A DNA stretch of 64,000 nt from Octopus bimaculoides (GCF_001194135.2 NC_068986.1:22282536-22346535); one strand, 5' to 3'. Positions 23,711 through 38,684 are shown, counted from the stretch's first letter. Notes: a model not told the origin generated them from the letters alone. Program-made: numbers and translations.

Positions 23711-25790
23711 CTGGGTACTGGTGCACTTGTCTTTTCTTCCAACTGTAACATCCTTCATGTGCCACTGGATCAAGGAGAGGGAAATTGAAAGTAAAATAAA
23801 ACAACTTTTTCTCTAAGCTTACTACCCAGCATTTTCTATAAACTAGTTTTACTCCTAAAAGTATATTTTACTCATATACCTAATATCTAAAATATACACC
23901 AATAGAGGAATAATATGTAACAACAATAATGAGTGTTCATGCCTTTTATTTATTCTCATTACCTTAATGAATCTCATCACATGTATCTGCTTGTGGTCAC
24001 ATCTGCACCAAAAACAAGCAGCAAAAGTAGTTACATGTTACCAAGTCATACTTGTTAGTGATTGCTGGCTGTACCTAGCAGGTCGAGCAACCTCATTTAT
24101 ACTTCCTTGTCTGAAAAAGGATGTCTGTTTGTTTGTTTTTATATTGTTGTTATCTTGACGCACCTTTGGTGTAGTGGCAGGTGAATAGATTACAGGTAGT
24201 TTTATTGGTTTAACTTTAGAATGAGAAACCCCAATTTGAAAGCTTTAGAGTTGTAAAATATTTATTTAGCTTGCTGTGGTGTGAATTTGAGATTAACAGG
24301 TGTGGGAAATGGGAGTGCTTCTTTCTTTCTTACCCTTCTAGGTTTCTTTATAAGAATATATAGAATTGAATAGAGAATAATGACAGTAATTTTGATAGTA
24401 AAAATAAAGAGTTTTAATTTCAATGTTTATTTTAGAGCAGCTTATAATTCAAAATTTACTTTAGTTTCACTTGTACAGCACTGTTGCACATATATCTCAG
24501 ACCAGTAATTCCAATTTGTTTCACAGTGACTTAGGTATGTAATGCTGAAGAGCTGAAATAACAGTCAAAACTATTGAAAAGGTTGCAAGATGCAATGAAA
24601 ATTTTAGAAAAATAAAAGAATAAGTGGAAATTTTACTGGTGAGTGTGTTAAATCATAAGGCATCAAAAGAGAATGACTCTCCCCAGACACAACAGAATAT
24701 GCTTCAACACACGATCTCACATAAAGAATCTTGCAAACCAAATCCCAAAACGAAATAACAGTAATATATTGATATCTATTGTTCTCATTTACCTACGGAG
24801 TGGGTGGTCTTGCTTGGTTTGTGGTATCCAGTGTTTTTTAACATTCAATGTCTTAAAGGAATTTTTCTCCTGACTTTATCTCGCAGCTAATAAGTGCATA
24901 AACAAAACACATGCATTTAGTATGTGACATCAGTAATGCTTACACAATCATTCATGGCTGAAGCAACAAAAGTAGATTTTGCATTTAGTAATGGGTAGTG
25001 AGGCAGGTGGAATTTGATAAGGGAGATATATAGGTAATTTTTATTTATTTATTTATTTATTTATTTTGGTGGTGTTGGTGGTGGGGTGTTTGCTGAGTGA
25101 AATTGAAGCAAAGCAAGCAACAAATGCATTGGCTGTATGAGAAAAATTTCTGTTGACAGAGCCATCTTGTTTATAGTTCTGCAAATGTAGTAGGGGTCAT
25201 CTTGGCAAAGGATCAAAAGATTCAGCCATAAATTGGAGTAGAGAAGATCCTGAAGACGGCATGGATTGAAATAGTAAGTGAATGCCCTACTCACAAGAGA
25301 AGATGGTATGTGATTTCTTCCAAATGTTTTAGGAAACATTCTCATCCTGTGCAGCTGTAATATAACTCTTATTGAACAACTCAAGAATATTTAGGGTAAT
25401 AGATTTCACCTGAGAAAGAAATGTTGAAGAATACCCCTAGGAAGATGGAATCTGAGATCAGCATTGCAAACTATGAAAACAGTTATCAATTACATAGAAC
25501 AAACATACCCAAAATCTTCAGCAATGGGCTGCAATGGGGGTATCTTTTTACAGATGAGCTGGTTCAGGAGCCTCTATGTAGTCATTTTGACCTGCTAGGG
25601 TTGCTAATCAAATTGCCTTTAATTCACACCTTACATTCTTAAAAAAGAAAGACACATTGGATGATGTAGCCACAGATACACTATTCTGGGAAGCAAAAGA
25701 GAGAGTCATAAATGGAATGTTTTTTATCATAGAACTGTTGGATCAGAGATGACAGAGGACTAAATAACTAAACTTAGGTAGATTAGGCCT

Positions 25791-26020
25791 TTAAACCTTT
25801 CGTTACCGAATTTATTTTGAGATGTTCTGTTTCTCTTTCAATTAATTTTAAATATAACAAAAAATTTAGTAAAATAATTTAGTTATCATTAAGCTAGTGT
25901 TAGGAACATAAATTGTGACTAAAGTTTGATGGAAGATTTTAATTCAAAACTTATGAAAACCAGACATTTGTACTACAGAGCCAGAGCCGGTTTCAGTCAG
26001 GTTGGTATCGAAAGGGTTAA
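25791..26020. mobile_element. piggyBac-type MITE, copy 2
   Basis: ttaa|acctttcg..cgaaaggg|ttaa, with TTAA at both ends. Confidence 0.75.
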
Positions 26021-26190
26021 ATGTTAAATATAAATGACAAGAATGCAATGGAGCAGCACAAGTGAAGAGATATGAAATACTGAATATTCGTTATTCTGAA
26101 ATATTTTGAAATACTCAATACTTGCTTCTCAACAAGAGAAGAATGGAAGTTAATTACTAAACTAAAAATGAAATATAACTGTTATATTAG

Positions 26191-26271
<81 letters not shown>

Positions 26272-28314
26272 NNNNNNNNNNNNNNNNNNNNNNNNNNNNN
26301 NNNNNNNNNNNNNNNNNNNNNNNNNNNNNNNNNNNNNNNNNNNNNNNNNNNNNNNNNNNNNNNNNNNNNNNNNNNNNNNNNNNNNNNNNNNNNNNNNNNN
26401 NNNNNNNNNNNNNNNNNNNNNNNNNNNNNNNNNNNNNNNNNNNNNNNNNNNNNNNNNNNNNNNNNNNNNNNNNNNNNNNNNNNNNNNNNNNNNNNNNNNN
26501 NNNNNNNNNNNNNNNNNNNNNNNNNNNNNNNNNNNNNNNNNNNNNNNNNNNNNNNNNNNNNNNNNNNNNNNNNNNNNNNNNNNNNNNNNNNNNNNNNNNN
26601 NNNNNNNNNNNNNNNNNNNNNNNNNNNNNNNNNNNNNNNNNNNNNNNNNNNNNNNNNNNNNNNNNNNNNNNNNNNNNNNNNNNNNNNNNNNNNNNNNNNN
26701 NNNNNNNNNNNNNNNNNNNNNNNNNNNNNNNNNNNNNNNNNNNNNNNNNNNNNNNNNNNNNNNATATATAAGTACTGAATTGTGAATTTCAGTAAGGGTC
26801 ATTAGTAATACACACACAATGGGCTCCTGGGTAATTTCCATTTTTGAAATTCAACTCAACTAACAATGTATTAGTCAACATGGTGTTATAGCAGAAGATA
26901 CTTGCTCAAGGAAATGCGCTGTGAGAACAAAACCCACAATCCATGAATATGGCTGTAAAGCAACTTCTCAACCATACAGCCATATATGGCTCTTTCTGTG
27001 TTGTGGCTTGTTTGTTGAGAAGCTTAGGGTTTGGTTTATGTGACGCCCGTGGTTTATGTAGTGAAACTTGGCATTTCAGACAAAAACTAGGCAACGGAAA
27101 AAAAACCAAAAAAAAAACAGAATGAGAATGAAATAAGTCTAAATTCTGTAAATATTAACATCATCACTATCATTATCATTTTAATGTCTACTTTTCCATG
27201 TTTGCATGGATTAGATCTTAGATTAGATGAAAGTACACTGGGATTGAGTTTTCTATGGTCAGATGCACTTCTTAATTAATCCCAAACCACATTGGTTTCC
27301 AAGGGAGATAATAATCTCCCAGTCTCATGAAAAACAAACAATCCAGACATAGTTATGCAGAGAATTTAAAACAAATGACACAATATGTATGAGCCTTTGT
27401 ATTTATAAAGATCATATGTCATGTCAAAACATGCTGAGAAACCTAAACATGCTTTTGCAGTGGACTGCAAGTAAATGGCACTGTTTGCATAGACAGTGAT
27501 ACCATTGTTAACAACCAGAAAATAAATGTGATGACAAGGGGAAATATGAACTCACACAAACACACATACAGTTACACACACATGCACACACATGGATGTA
27601 TACACACAAGAATACACATGCACACACACACACACACATGCACATACATGCACACATATGCACACACACACACATAATTGGGATTTCTTATGTTTTTCTC
27701 TACCAAATCCACTCACAAAGCGTTGGTTGGTCCAGGACGATAGTAGAAGACACTTTCCCAAGGTACCATTCAGTGGGACTGAACATGAATCTACCTGGCC
27801 AAGAAGCAAACATTTTAACCATACAGCCATGCCGGCATAGTTATTTATCTGCACTGCAACAGCATTCACCTTCCATGATTAGCTTATTAACTCAGAATTC
27901 TTCTATTGCAGACAAATTGAATATTACATATTCAAATATTACATATTCACTTTAGAACTGTTCTATGATATAATGAAGGAGACATATTTTCAGCTGACCT
28001 GAAGGTGAAATTGCTTTGATGACCTGTAGCCATGTCCTCAGTTGATTATGACAACAGTAATGCAAAACCAAACATGGAGTTGAATTGACATTGTCAGAGA
28101 TTTAATGCTTCTCAGATATCTTCTTCCCATTCAAGACTGAACATGCAAAGACAGAGAATTGTTAGCATAATCGGCAGTGACTAAATATCATAACATTCCC
28201 AGAGATTGTACAGTTGCATTTTGTGGTTGAGTAAAAAAATATCCAAACACCAGATATTTGTAGTTTTTCCTTGCTGAGTTTGGAGGCTGGGGCAAAGCCT
28301 GGGCTCTTTGCAGG

Positions 28315-28726
28315 CTTTGAACATTTAAACCCAAACCAAATAACAAAGGAGATCTACTGCGAGCAATTTTAGCAGCTTAAGTTGGCACTAGAAGAAAAAT
28401 GACCATCTTTGGTTTCAGGATGAAAGGTGTTCTTCCATCAGGATAATGCTTAGCCACAAACAGCAAGGATGACATTCCAAAGGTTGGAGCAGTATGAATG
28501 GGAAACGATGCCCCACCCACTATATTCGCCAGATATTGCCCCATCTGATTGTCATTTATTTTGCAGTCTTCAAAATCATTTGGACGGAAAAAATATGAAT
28601 TATGTAAACGAAGTCAGAACAGTACTGGAGGAGTATTTTTCATCATGGAGAAGTGAATTTTGGAAGTCTATGAGATAGATGGAAGAGCATTGTAGAAAAT
28701 GAATAAGAGTACATTTTAGATTAAAA
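28315..28726 (+). pseudogene. Mariner transposase C-terminal remnant
   Basis: ..VFFHQDNA*PQTARMT..MPHPLYSPDIAPSDCHLFCSLQNHL.., with mariner D..D and YSPDLAPSD motifs. Runs into an N gap. Confidence 0.9.
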
Positions 28727-29480
28727 NNNNNNNNNNNNNNNNNNNNNNNNNNNNNNNNNNNNNNNNNNNNNNNNNNNNNNNNNNNNNNNNNNNNNNNNNN
28801 NNNNNNNNNNNNNNNNNNNNNNNNNNNNNNNNNNNNNNNNNNNNNNNNNNNNNNNNNNNNNNNNNNNNNNNNNNNNNNNNNNNNNNNNNNNNNNNNNNNN
28901 NNNNNNNNNNNNNNNNNNNNNNNNNNNNNNNNNNNNNNNNNNNNNNNNNNNNNNNNNNNNNNNNNNNNNNNNNNNNNNNNNNNNNNNNNNNNNNNNNNNN
29001 NNNNNNNNNNNNNNNNNNNNNNNNNNNNNNNNNNNNNNNNNNNNNNNNNNNNNNNNNNNNNNNNNNNNNNNNNNNNNNNNNNNNNNNNNNNNNNNNNNNN
29101 NNNNNNNNNNNNNNNNNNNNNNNNNNNNNNNNNNNNNNNNNNNNNNNNNNNNNNNNNNNNNNNNNNNNNNNNNNNNNNNNNNNNNNNNNNNNNNNNNNNN
29201 NNNNNNNNNNNNNNNNNNNNNNNNNNNNNNNNNNNNNNNNNNNNNNNNNNNNNNNNNNNNNNNNNNNNNNNNNNNNNNNNNNNNNNNNNNNNNNNNNNNN
29301 NNNNNNNNNNNNNNNNNNNNNNNNNNNNNNNNNNNNNNNNNNNNNNNNNNNNNNNNNNNNNNNNNNNNNNNNNNNNNNNNNNNNNNNNNNNNNNNNNNNN
29401 NNNNNNNNNNNNNNNNNNNNNNNNNNNNNNNNNNNNNNNNNNNNNNNNNNNNNNNNNNNNNNNNNNNNNNNNNNNNNNNN

Positions 29481-29529
<49 letters not shown>

Positions 29530-29645
29530 ATATAATATATATATATAGTATGTATGTATTATGTATGTATGTATGTATGTATACTGATATATATATACAT
29601 GATAACAAATATACATATATATATGTATTTTATATCATGTGTACA

Positions 29646-29683
<38 letters not shown>

Positions 29684-30447
29684 CCTATATATATATATCT
29701 ATATATGACTATATATTATGTAAAGGGCCGGTAAAGAGAGGGGTGCTTGAAAGGGATAGAGATGAGAGTGATGAGGAGCTAAAGAAACCATAGGGAGGAG
29801 TCAGTGTGGAAAAGAGATGTAGGAGGAGGAGCTCAGTAGATGGGCGCAGTGAGACCAGAGAAGTAAGAGAAGGGGAAGTAGGAGGGTATCAACGATGCAA
29901 ATGAGGGAGAAGAAGAAGGATACAATGAGAGCATCCTGGTCACCTTCACCACCTTTTTTTTACTGTTATCTCTGCTATGATTACACTAGAATGTAAACAC
30001 ACATGCACATGCATATATATATATATCTATAAATAATTAGCAGGGCAGACTTCTGAGGGAGAGCACTTTTCTCTTAGGTTATTGCCTTCAGCAAGGCAGG
30101 TGCTATAAGTTTTAATATGCTTACTGTTAACAATGTTGTCTGCAAAAAATTTAACACACACGCCAGACGCTGAATCTTTTAGAAAAGAATCAAGAATGGG
30201 AACAATGCTTGAACAAAGCCAGAACTATGCATTCTGGTGAAGTGTTTAAAAATTTATTTGCCAATATACTCAAGCTATGTTTTTTTTTTTCAAACTTCAT
30301 TAGAGTTCTACAACATGCTTCATATTATTATTTTGCTGTTTTAGATTATATGTATTAAAGAAAACAAGAAATTATAACAGAAGTTGCTTTAGCATGTGCA
30401 TTAAGTGATCTGTTGAACACGTTGGTCCATCGGCTCACACTGTATAA

Positions 30448-30459
30448 ACCACCACCACC

Positions 30460-30490
<31 letters not shown>

Positions 30491-30583
30491 CCATCATCGT
30501 CATCATCGTCATCATCATCATCGTCGTCATCATCATCATCATCATCGTCATCATCATCATCGTCATCATCATCATCATCATCA

Positions 30584-30614
<31 letters not shown>

Positions 30615-30682
30615 CATCATCATCATCATCATCATCATCACCACCACCACCACCACCACCACCACCATCATCATCATCATCG
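30448..30682. repeat. (CAC)n/(CAT)n/(CGT)n microsatellite
   Basis: Directly visible. Abuts the 3' tail of a minus-strand family D copy. Confidence 0.95.
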
Positions 30683-31274
30683 TTTTAATGTCCATGCTTG
30701 CATGAGTCAGACAGAATTTGTTGAGGTAGATTTTTTTTTATCAAAGGATGCACTTCCTGTCACCAACCCTCGCTTGTTCCCAAGTAAGGTAATATTTCTC
30801 CATGACTGGACATGTTTCCTTGGAAGTTTGGAAATGGAGGATACTTTCTGAATGACAGTGACACTCGCTTACAGCTATCATCTGATGTCAAGGCAAGGAG
30901 GCAGTGGAACTCACGCACACACACACACACAAGCACATTTACACATGTATGTGTGCAGAAAGACTATTTCCTTAGAGACACAATACAAAAAAATACAATA
31001 AAAAAACAGATATAAACAACATGGAAAGACTTTAATCCCAGATGAGAACATGAATGCTTCTCATGTGAGATCATAGGTTGCAGTCTGATAAGAAGTGTAA
31101 CTAAGCCTGTTACAACATGAATACCATGTAACAGTACAACAACAACAACAACAACAACAGCAGCAGCAGCAGCAACAACAATAACAACAGCAGCTGCAAT
31201 AATAATGGTTTCAATTTTGACACAAGGCCAGCAATTTTGGGGGATGGGGAAGCCGCATTTTAATAATAATGATA

Positions 31275-32053
<779 letters not shown>

Positions 32054-32060
32054 CTTAATA

Positions 32061-32096
<36 letters not shown>

Positions 32097-32150
32097 CTGA
32101 TGATGCTGATGATGACGACGACGACGACGACGACGACGACGATGATGATG

Positions 32151-32470
32151 ATAGAAGAAGGAAAAATAAACATCTATGATGATTTGAAGAGGGAAATACA
32201 AAGGTTGTGGTCAATGAAGAGAGTAGACGTGATACCAATAGTGATTGGCGCATTTGGAAGTATCAGCACTCAACTTCCAGCATGGCTGAAAAAGATTGGA
32301 GCAAGTGTGAAGGTAGAACACCTACAAAAATCAGCATTGCTTGGAACTGCAAGAATTCTTCGCAGGGTTTTTGAGGCATGACCAATAAACCAAGTGTTAC
32401 CTTAGTCTGCTGGCTGGGGACAGCTGACACTTTCCATCATACCCAGCAAAATAAGCTGAGAGTTTTCATA
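32151..32470 (+). mobile_element. R4/Dong-like RLE non-LTR retrotransposon, 5'-truncated 3' end
   Basis: Uninterrupted EEGKINIYDDLKREIQRLWSMKRVDVIPIVIGAFGSI..LQKSALLGTARILRRVFEA* (stop 32379-32381), about 90-bp 3' UTR, then (TAA)n. Confidence 0.85.
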
Positions 32471-32478
32471 TAATAATA

Positions 32479-32520
<42 letters not shown>

Positions 32521-32595
32521 GAAATAAACAGTAGAAGAGTGCTATAGTTATGTGAAATCGGTTGAACGATATTTCGCCATCTAGTGCGCCTTCCA

Positions 32596-32646
<51 letters not shown>

Positions 32647-32648
32647 CA

Positions 32649-32698
<50 letters not shown>

Positions 32699-34701
32699 GT
32701 TGTTCAGTAGTTTTATTTTTATAACGTACTTTCACTTCAGTACCGAGCGCAGCTCTGTGTGCCTTGGGTATGTGCTGTGGTTTGATTACTATTTCAAATT
32801 TCGGCACAAGGCTAGCAATTTTAGGAGGAGGAGGAGGTCAATCAATATCATCAATCCCAGTACTTGACAGGTACTTCATTTTATTGAACCTGGAGGGATA
32901 AAAAGCAAAGCTGACCATGGCATGATTTGAACTTAGGGAAATGACCAGTGCAGACTGGTTGAAATCGGTGTCAGATGCATGCCATGAAAGAAAGTATGCT
33001 GCTACATATTATTTTCAAGAATCCAATTTGCTACTTCATTTCGGTACCATAACAGTACTGACAAAAAAGCTATGTTTTTAGTTCTATTTACAATGACAAC
33101 ACTGTGGTGCAGTAATGTTAATTTTTTTTTTGTTTGCTTTAATAATAAAAACATATCATTATTTTCTCTAAATTAAGTAGATTTTAATGAAATTTTCTGC
33201 ATGATATCAGCAGCTATGCTTGTCTTCCTCATTTATCATAACATTACTGATTATTCTACTGCAAGTCTATTTCTGATTTATTACATTGGTCTCGTGTGGA
33301 TCTTGTATGGTAAAAACTCAGTAGGTGGGTTGTCGTTTACACATTTACATGTTTCTAAGTATATAGCAATCTGCTTGCCTGATTTATTTATGAATCTGTT
33401 CATCATAAGTATTTTTTTTCTCCTTCACTCTTTTTATCAGTCCACTTCATCAAATATCATTCTCCTATTCTGTCTGAAATTCTACATAAATGTTTTTATT
33501 TACTCATTCTTTCGATCTTTTCCTGGCTGTCCTCTTCTTCTCTCTACTGTTAACCTATGTCGGTGAGGAATTTTTTGTGTATAAACATGTCTTTGTACAC
33601 ACATACACGTGACTAGTTTACTCCATCTTATTCTGTCACTATGCCAACACTCTGTGGAATTACTGAAAGAATCTGACTATTTATGTTGTGTACCACAGAG
33701 AAAATGTGATCCTTTCATCACAGATTATACAGAAATGCTTCTCAGCTAAAAAAAAATTAACTCTAGAAGCATTCAAAATTTCACTGGTAACAAAATTAAT
33801 TGAAATAATTAAATTCAAAATACTTTTCTTTTACATGTATAATGTATTTTCCTTTAACTCATTTAAAATGGAATAATTTTATGTGTTAGCAATTAATGTG
33901 TTGTGTCGGCAGTTGTTCACTTCAGTAGTTCAATCATCAAAAATATTTACTGTCACAAAAGTTTTGCACATATGTAGAAGATATTACAAGAGTTGTAAAA
34001 ATGTAAAAAATATTACAAGTATTAGACATGTTATGCTTTTACTTTAATTCATATAAAACTGAATCATTTTATATGTGTTTGCAATTATATTTTGCGTCTG
34101 TCAGCAGCTGTTTCTCTTGAGCAGATTAACTCATTAATAATAAGATTTACAGTTACAATAGTTTTGTATATATGCAGAATATATTAACAAGCACTACAAG
34201 CAGCTGTGAATTTCAAAGCATGAACACCCTTTGATGAATAGATTTTCGATGTATTTATTAACTAAACTACTAAATGCTGCTGCTATATTTTCCATTCTAT
34301 AATTCCCTTTAAGAAGAAAAAAAATTGTCAAATTTCTTGGGGATAACACTGGAATAAAACCTAGAGCAATGCAAAGAACATGAATGAGGGATATGAATAT
34401 TATTGCTTTGAAAGATCAAATAAAAAACCGGAATGAGCATTGGGTAATGTTATGACTTAAGCGAGCAAATCAACATAACAATATATATTCTTCAAATAAG
34501 AAGTGAGTCACTCACTTATCTTTTACTTGTTTCAGTCATTAGACCACGGCGATGCTGGGGTACCACCTTGTAGAATTTTTAATTGAATGAATCACCCCAC
34601 AGTACTTTTCTGGTATGTATTCTATCATTCTCTTTTGCTGGACTGCTAAGTTACAGGAGCATAAACAAATCAGTGGTGATGGGGACAAACACACACACAA
34701 G

Positions 34702-34736
<35 letters not shown>

Positions 34737-35021
34737 AGCACAATTAAAGGTTGCAAATCTTGTTCAGGGATAGCAAAATTCTATGAAAGTACAGGTTAGT
34801 TACAGTTATCTATACAAAGAACATTGAACATTATATTTAATACTCAACTGCAAGGTAACTATATAAACAGTGGTTTATATATATTGCTTTATGCTCAGGG
34901 ATGTATAGATAGCTCAACAGATAGATAAATGGAAAGATATACAAACACAACAATTACAGTGGGGAGGACGCATTATTAGCTATTCAAAAAAACCCCAAAA
35001 ACACAAAACATTTAAACAAAT

Positions 35022-35411
35022 CGTAGGAGTGGCTGTGTGGTAAGTAGCTAGCTTACCAACCACATGGTTCCGGGTTCAGTCCCACTGCTTGTATCTTGGG
35101 CAAGTGTCTTCTACTATAGCCTTGGGCCGACCAAAGCCTTGTGAGTGGATTTGGTAGACGGAAACTGAGAGAAGCCCATCGTATATATGTATATGTATAT
35201 ATGTATGTGTCTGTGTTTGTCCCCCCCAACATCGCTTGACAACCGATGCTGGTGTGTTTACGTCCCCGTAAATTAGCGGTTCGGCAAAAGAGACCGATAG
35301 AATAAGTACCAGGCTTACAAAGAATAAGTCCTGGGGTTGATTTGCTAGACTAAAGGCGGTGCTCCAGCATGGCCACAGTCAAATGACTGAAACAAGTAAA
35401 AGAGTAAAAGA
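35022..35411 (+). mobile_element. SINE family B, best-preserved copy
   Basis: Retains many CpGs and has a complete head and tail (aaacaagtaaaagagtaaaagag). Confidence 0.9.
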
Positions 35412-35872
35412 GTACTTGTTATCAAAATTTTCATTGCACCAGTTGCAACCTGATCACTTGTGTCAGTGGCATGGAAATTTTGACACCAGATAGTAGAAAT
35501 TTGAAATGAAGTTAACAGATTTTGTGTGTTTTTCAATGGTTAATATGTGTTTTCCATGCTGTAATTGTTTTGGTTTCAACACACAGTTTAAGACCAAATC
35601 ACTTGCCATGCAAGTACACCTAAGAAATATATATAAATAGATTTATACATATATTCATATTTTCAATTGGGAAATTCAATATCATGTCCATTCTACTACA
35701 AGTAACATTCAGTTTCTGAACTTGAAATATAAAGTACTTTTTATTGATTAATCTCTTCTTTGGACAAAACAACAAATAACTGCCATTAAATTAATCCATA
35801 TATAATACAGATGCAGTGTAATTGTGTCACAGGGTGTGCTGAAACTTTCTCGACACTTCATAATGGAAAGTA

Positions 35873-35917
<45 letters not shown>

Positions 35918-36422
35918 NNNNNNNNNNNNNNNNNNNNNNNNNNNNNNNNNNNNNNNNNNNNNNNNNNNNNNNNNNNNNNNNNNNNNNNNNNNNNNNNNNN
36001 NNNNNNNNNNNNNNNNNNNNNNNNNNNNNNNNNNNNNNNNNNNNNNNNNNNNNNNNNNNNNNNNNNNNNNNNNNNNNNNNNNNNNNNNNNNNNNNNNNNN
36101 NNNNNNNNNNNNNNNNNNNNNNNNNNNNNNNNNNNNNNNNNNNNNNNNNNNNNNNNNNNNNNNNNNNNNNNNNNNNNNNNNNNNNNNNNNNNNNNNNNNN
36201 NNNNNNNNNNNNNNNNNNNNNNNNNNNNNNNNNNNNNNNNNNNNNNNNNNNNNNNNNNNNNNNNNNNNNNNNNNNNNNNNNNNNNNNNNNNNNNNNNNNN
36301 NNNNNNNNNNNNNNNNNNNNNNNNNNNNNNNNNNNNNNNNNNNNNNNNNNNNNNNNNNNNNNNNNNNNNNNNNNNNNNNNNNNNNNNNNNNNNNNNNNNN
36401 NNNNNNNNNNNNNNNNNNNNNN

Positions 36423-36457
<35 letters not shown>

Positions 36458-36504
36458 TTGTGTGTGTGCGTGTGTGTGTATACACACATATTTATATATG
36501 TATG

Positions 36505-37282
36505 TGGATTTACAAGCATGGCTGGAGGTGAATGGTTTCACATATAGGTTCGTGTTTACTGATAAAACTGCATTTCACCAAAGTGGCAAAATGAACAGGC
36601 ATAATTTGAGATTTTGGGACATGGCAAATCTGCATTTTGTACTGGATCATGAACATAATTCTCTAAAGGTAACTGTTTTCGTTGCCATAACAAATTGAAG
36701 AGCATCTGGGCCTTTCTTCTTCATGGAGTCCTCTGTTATAGGGTGCACCTACCTTGACATGTTGTTTATTTGGTTGTTGCCCCAGGTGCAAGAAGAGGTA
36801 TTTGACATCATTATGCAGCATGATGGGGCTCCACCACATTGGCATAGACACGTATGCGATTACCTCAACAAGCATCTTCCAAAATGCTGGATTGGATGTG
36901 CTAGAGTGAATGGTTTGCCATTTATGGTCTGCACCCCAGCCCAGGTCCTCCAACCTATTGCTTTGCAACTTTTTCCTTTGGAGTTATCTAGAAGACAACA
37001 TGTCCATACCCCTACTTCTACAGCACTTACAGAAGTTAAAGCAATCGATAGGTGATGCAATTGGTTCAATTGATCAAGCTATGCTGGCACAGGTGTGGCA
37101 AGAACTAAACTATCATGTAGACATCTGCCATGTGGCAAAAGTCACCCACATTGAACATCTGTGACTGTCCGTAGAAACTTAAAGAGTTAACCTTTCATGT
37201 AATATACATATTTTTGCAATATATTCATTACAATTCTCACATGTATATTCTCCTTTTGTACCATTTATTTTGAATTACCCTG
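36505..37282 (+). pseudogene. Tc1/mariner (rosa-like) transposase remnant with right TIR
   Basis: FVFTDKTAFHQSGKMNRHNLRFW..QHDGAPPHW..CNFFLWSYLED..VTHIEHL*. The right end is ttttgaattaccctg. The 5' part is lost in (TA)n or the gap. Confidence 0.85.
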
Positions 37283-38436
37283 TGTATACACACACACACA
37301 TATATATACATACGTACACACACACATATGTACATACACACATACATATAAATACATATATGCAATTTATCTATCCATGTGTGTGTGTGTGTGTGCGTGT
37401 GTATGCATACACACGCACACACATATATCTAGGTACATAAACAATCAGATAATTAGATAGACAAGTTGAGAGACAGATAGACAAGACAGACAGACAGATA
37501 GATAGCTAATTCAAAGGCAAAACACAGCCCACAACCTTTTGTTGAAGCTCTTCTGAATTAAAGATTTAAAATGAATGTAAAGATGCAACTTTATCCAAGA
37601 AGGAACAAATAGATTGCTAGTCTTGGTCATAACATTCAATGCACACATATTTATACACATGCATAAATACATACTCATACACTCACACACACTGCTGCAC
37701 AAGCCAACAAAGGACACTCTATATGGCCACTAGATCTGCTAGAACTAGCAGCTAAATTTTCTTAAAAAATCACATTAGTTGTCTTAAAAGGACACACCAA
37801 ACAATGGAACACCAAATATACTTTGTCTGTAGGAAGAGCAGGAGGATCAGATCTAAAATGTTTATGGTCATGGATTTGCTTTATCAAAGTTGACCTGAAG
37901 CTAACAACACTAACAATGATATTGATACACACATATATATATAACTGACACACTTTCTTGATATCCAGAGAAAATGAGATTAGTTGGAATATGAGGTAAG
38001 GTGAAACATCTCTTTTTCAGCAGAAACAAGGAACCTGATGAAGACTGTACGACCATCTTATGAAAGTTTCTTGCTTCTTGTACTACCTTTCTGTTAAGAA
38101 ATCAATGCAGAAAGTTTCCTAGCAAACTTTTCTGTATTTTTCACATTATATAGTAAAAGCTTCACATGTTAGAAATATTTAGTGTGCTTAGTAAATAGAA
38201 TAGTCGGGAAATGAGACGATACCTGTCCTTTTATTAAAGCTAGTCCAACAAAAAGAAGTGGTAGAAGAAAGCCTGAGAGACCTTGAATCTACATTGACTT
38301 TCCTCAGTGTTGTGAAAGAGCACATCACGCCAAGAGGAGGAACAAGAAATCATATGGTGGTGGAAGAAACCAAAAACTGCAAAGAAATTTCTATATGAGC
38401 AAGCCTCAAAAATACAGGTATGTGGAAACCCTTCAA

Positions 38437-38600
38437 CACTAGCATAGCTAGAATGTGTGCCTCCCGAGGTGGCCCTTCCTTTTGCTGCCCCCTGACCCCA
38501 CAAAAAAAAAAAAACACATATTGCCTACAGCAATAGCCTACAAGATGAAAAGTGCCGCCTGAGGAGGACCGCCTCTACCCCACTCTCAGCTATGCTAGTG
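38437..38600. mobile_element. hAT-type MITE, 164 bp
   Basis: Perfect 13-bp TIRs cactagcatagct / agctatgctagtg. Perfect 8-bp TSD cccttcaa (38429-38436, 38601-38608). Confidence 0.9.
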
Positions 38601-38684
38601 CCCTTCAAATGCAGTGGTAAAGGACATCGTTCCAGCGTATTTTTCAAGGAAGAAAAAGGTGTACTATTATTTTACAATAGTTGG

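Noticed and set aside
25090-25500. 107-aa minus-strand ORF and a possible decayed LINE RT on the plus strand
   Set aside because: There is only a vague DF.K.F resemblance, too degraded to call. The ORF has no recognisable homology.
33200-33800. 121-aa hydrophobic ORF and a KKKLTLEAFKISLVTKLIE segment resembling a piggyBac transposase C-terminus
   Set aside because: The ORF looks like the antisense of purine-rich DNA. The transposase resemblance is a single short motif with no catalytic residues or TIRs.
38025-38075. CTGATGA..GAAA hammerhead-like spacing (also 38924-38955, 38275-38307 minus and about 51715-51750 minus)
   Set aside because: Stem II does not close at the core, or stem III or GAAA is missing. 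Such heptamers are expected by chance in 64 kb.
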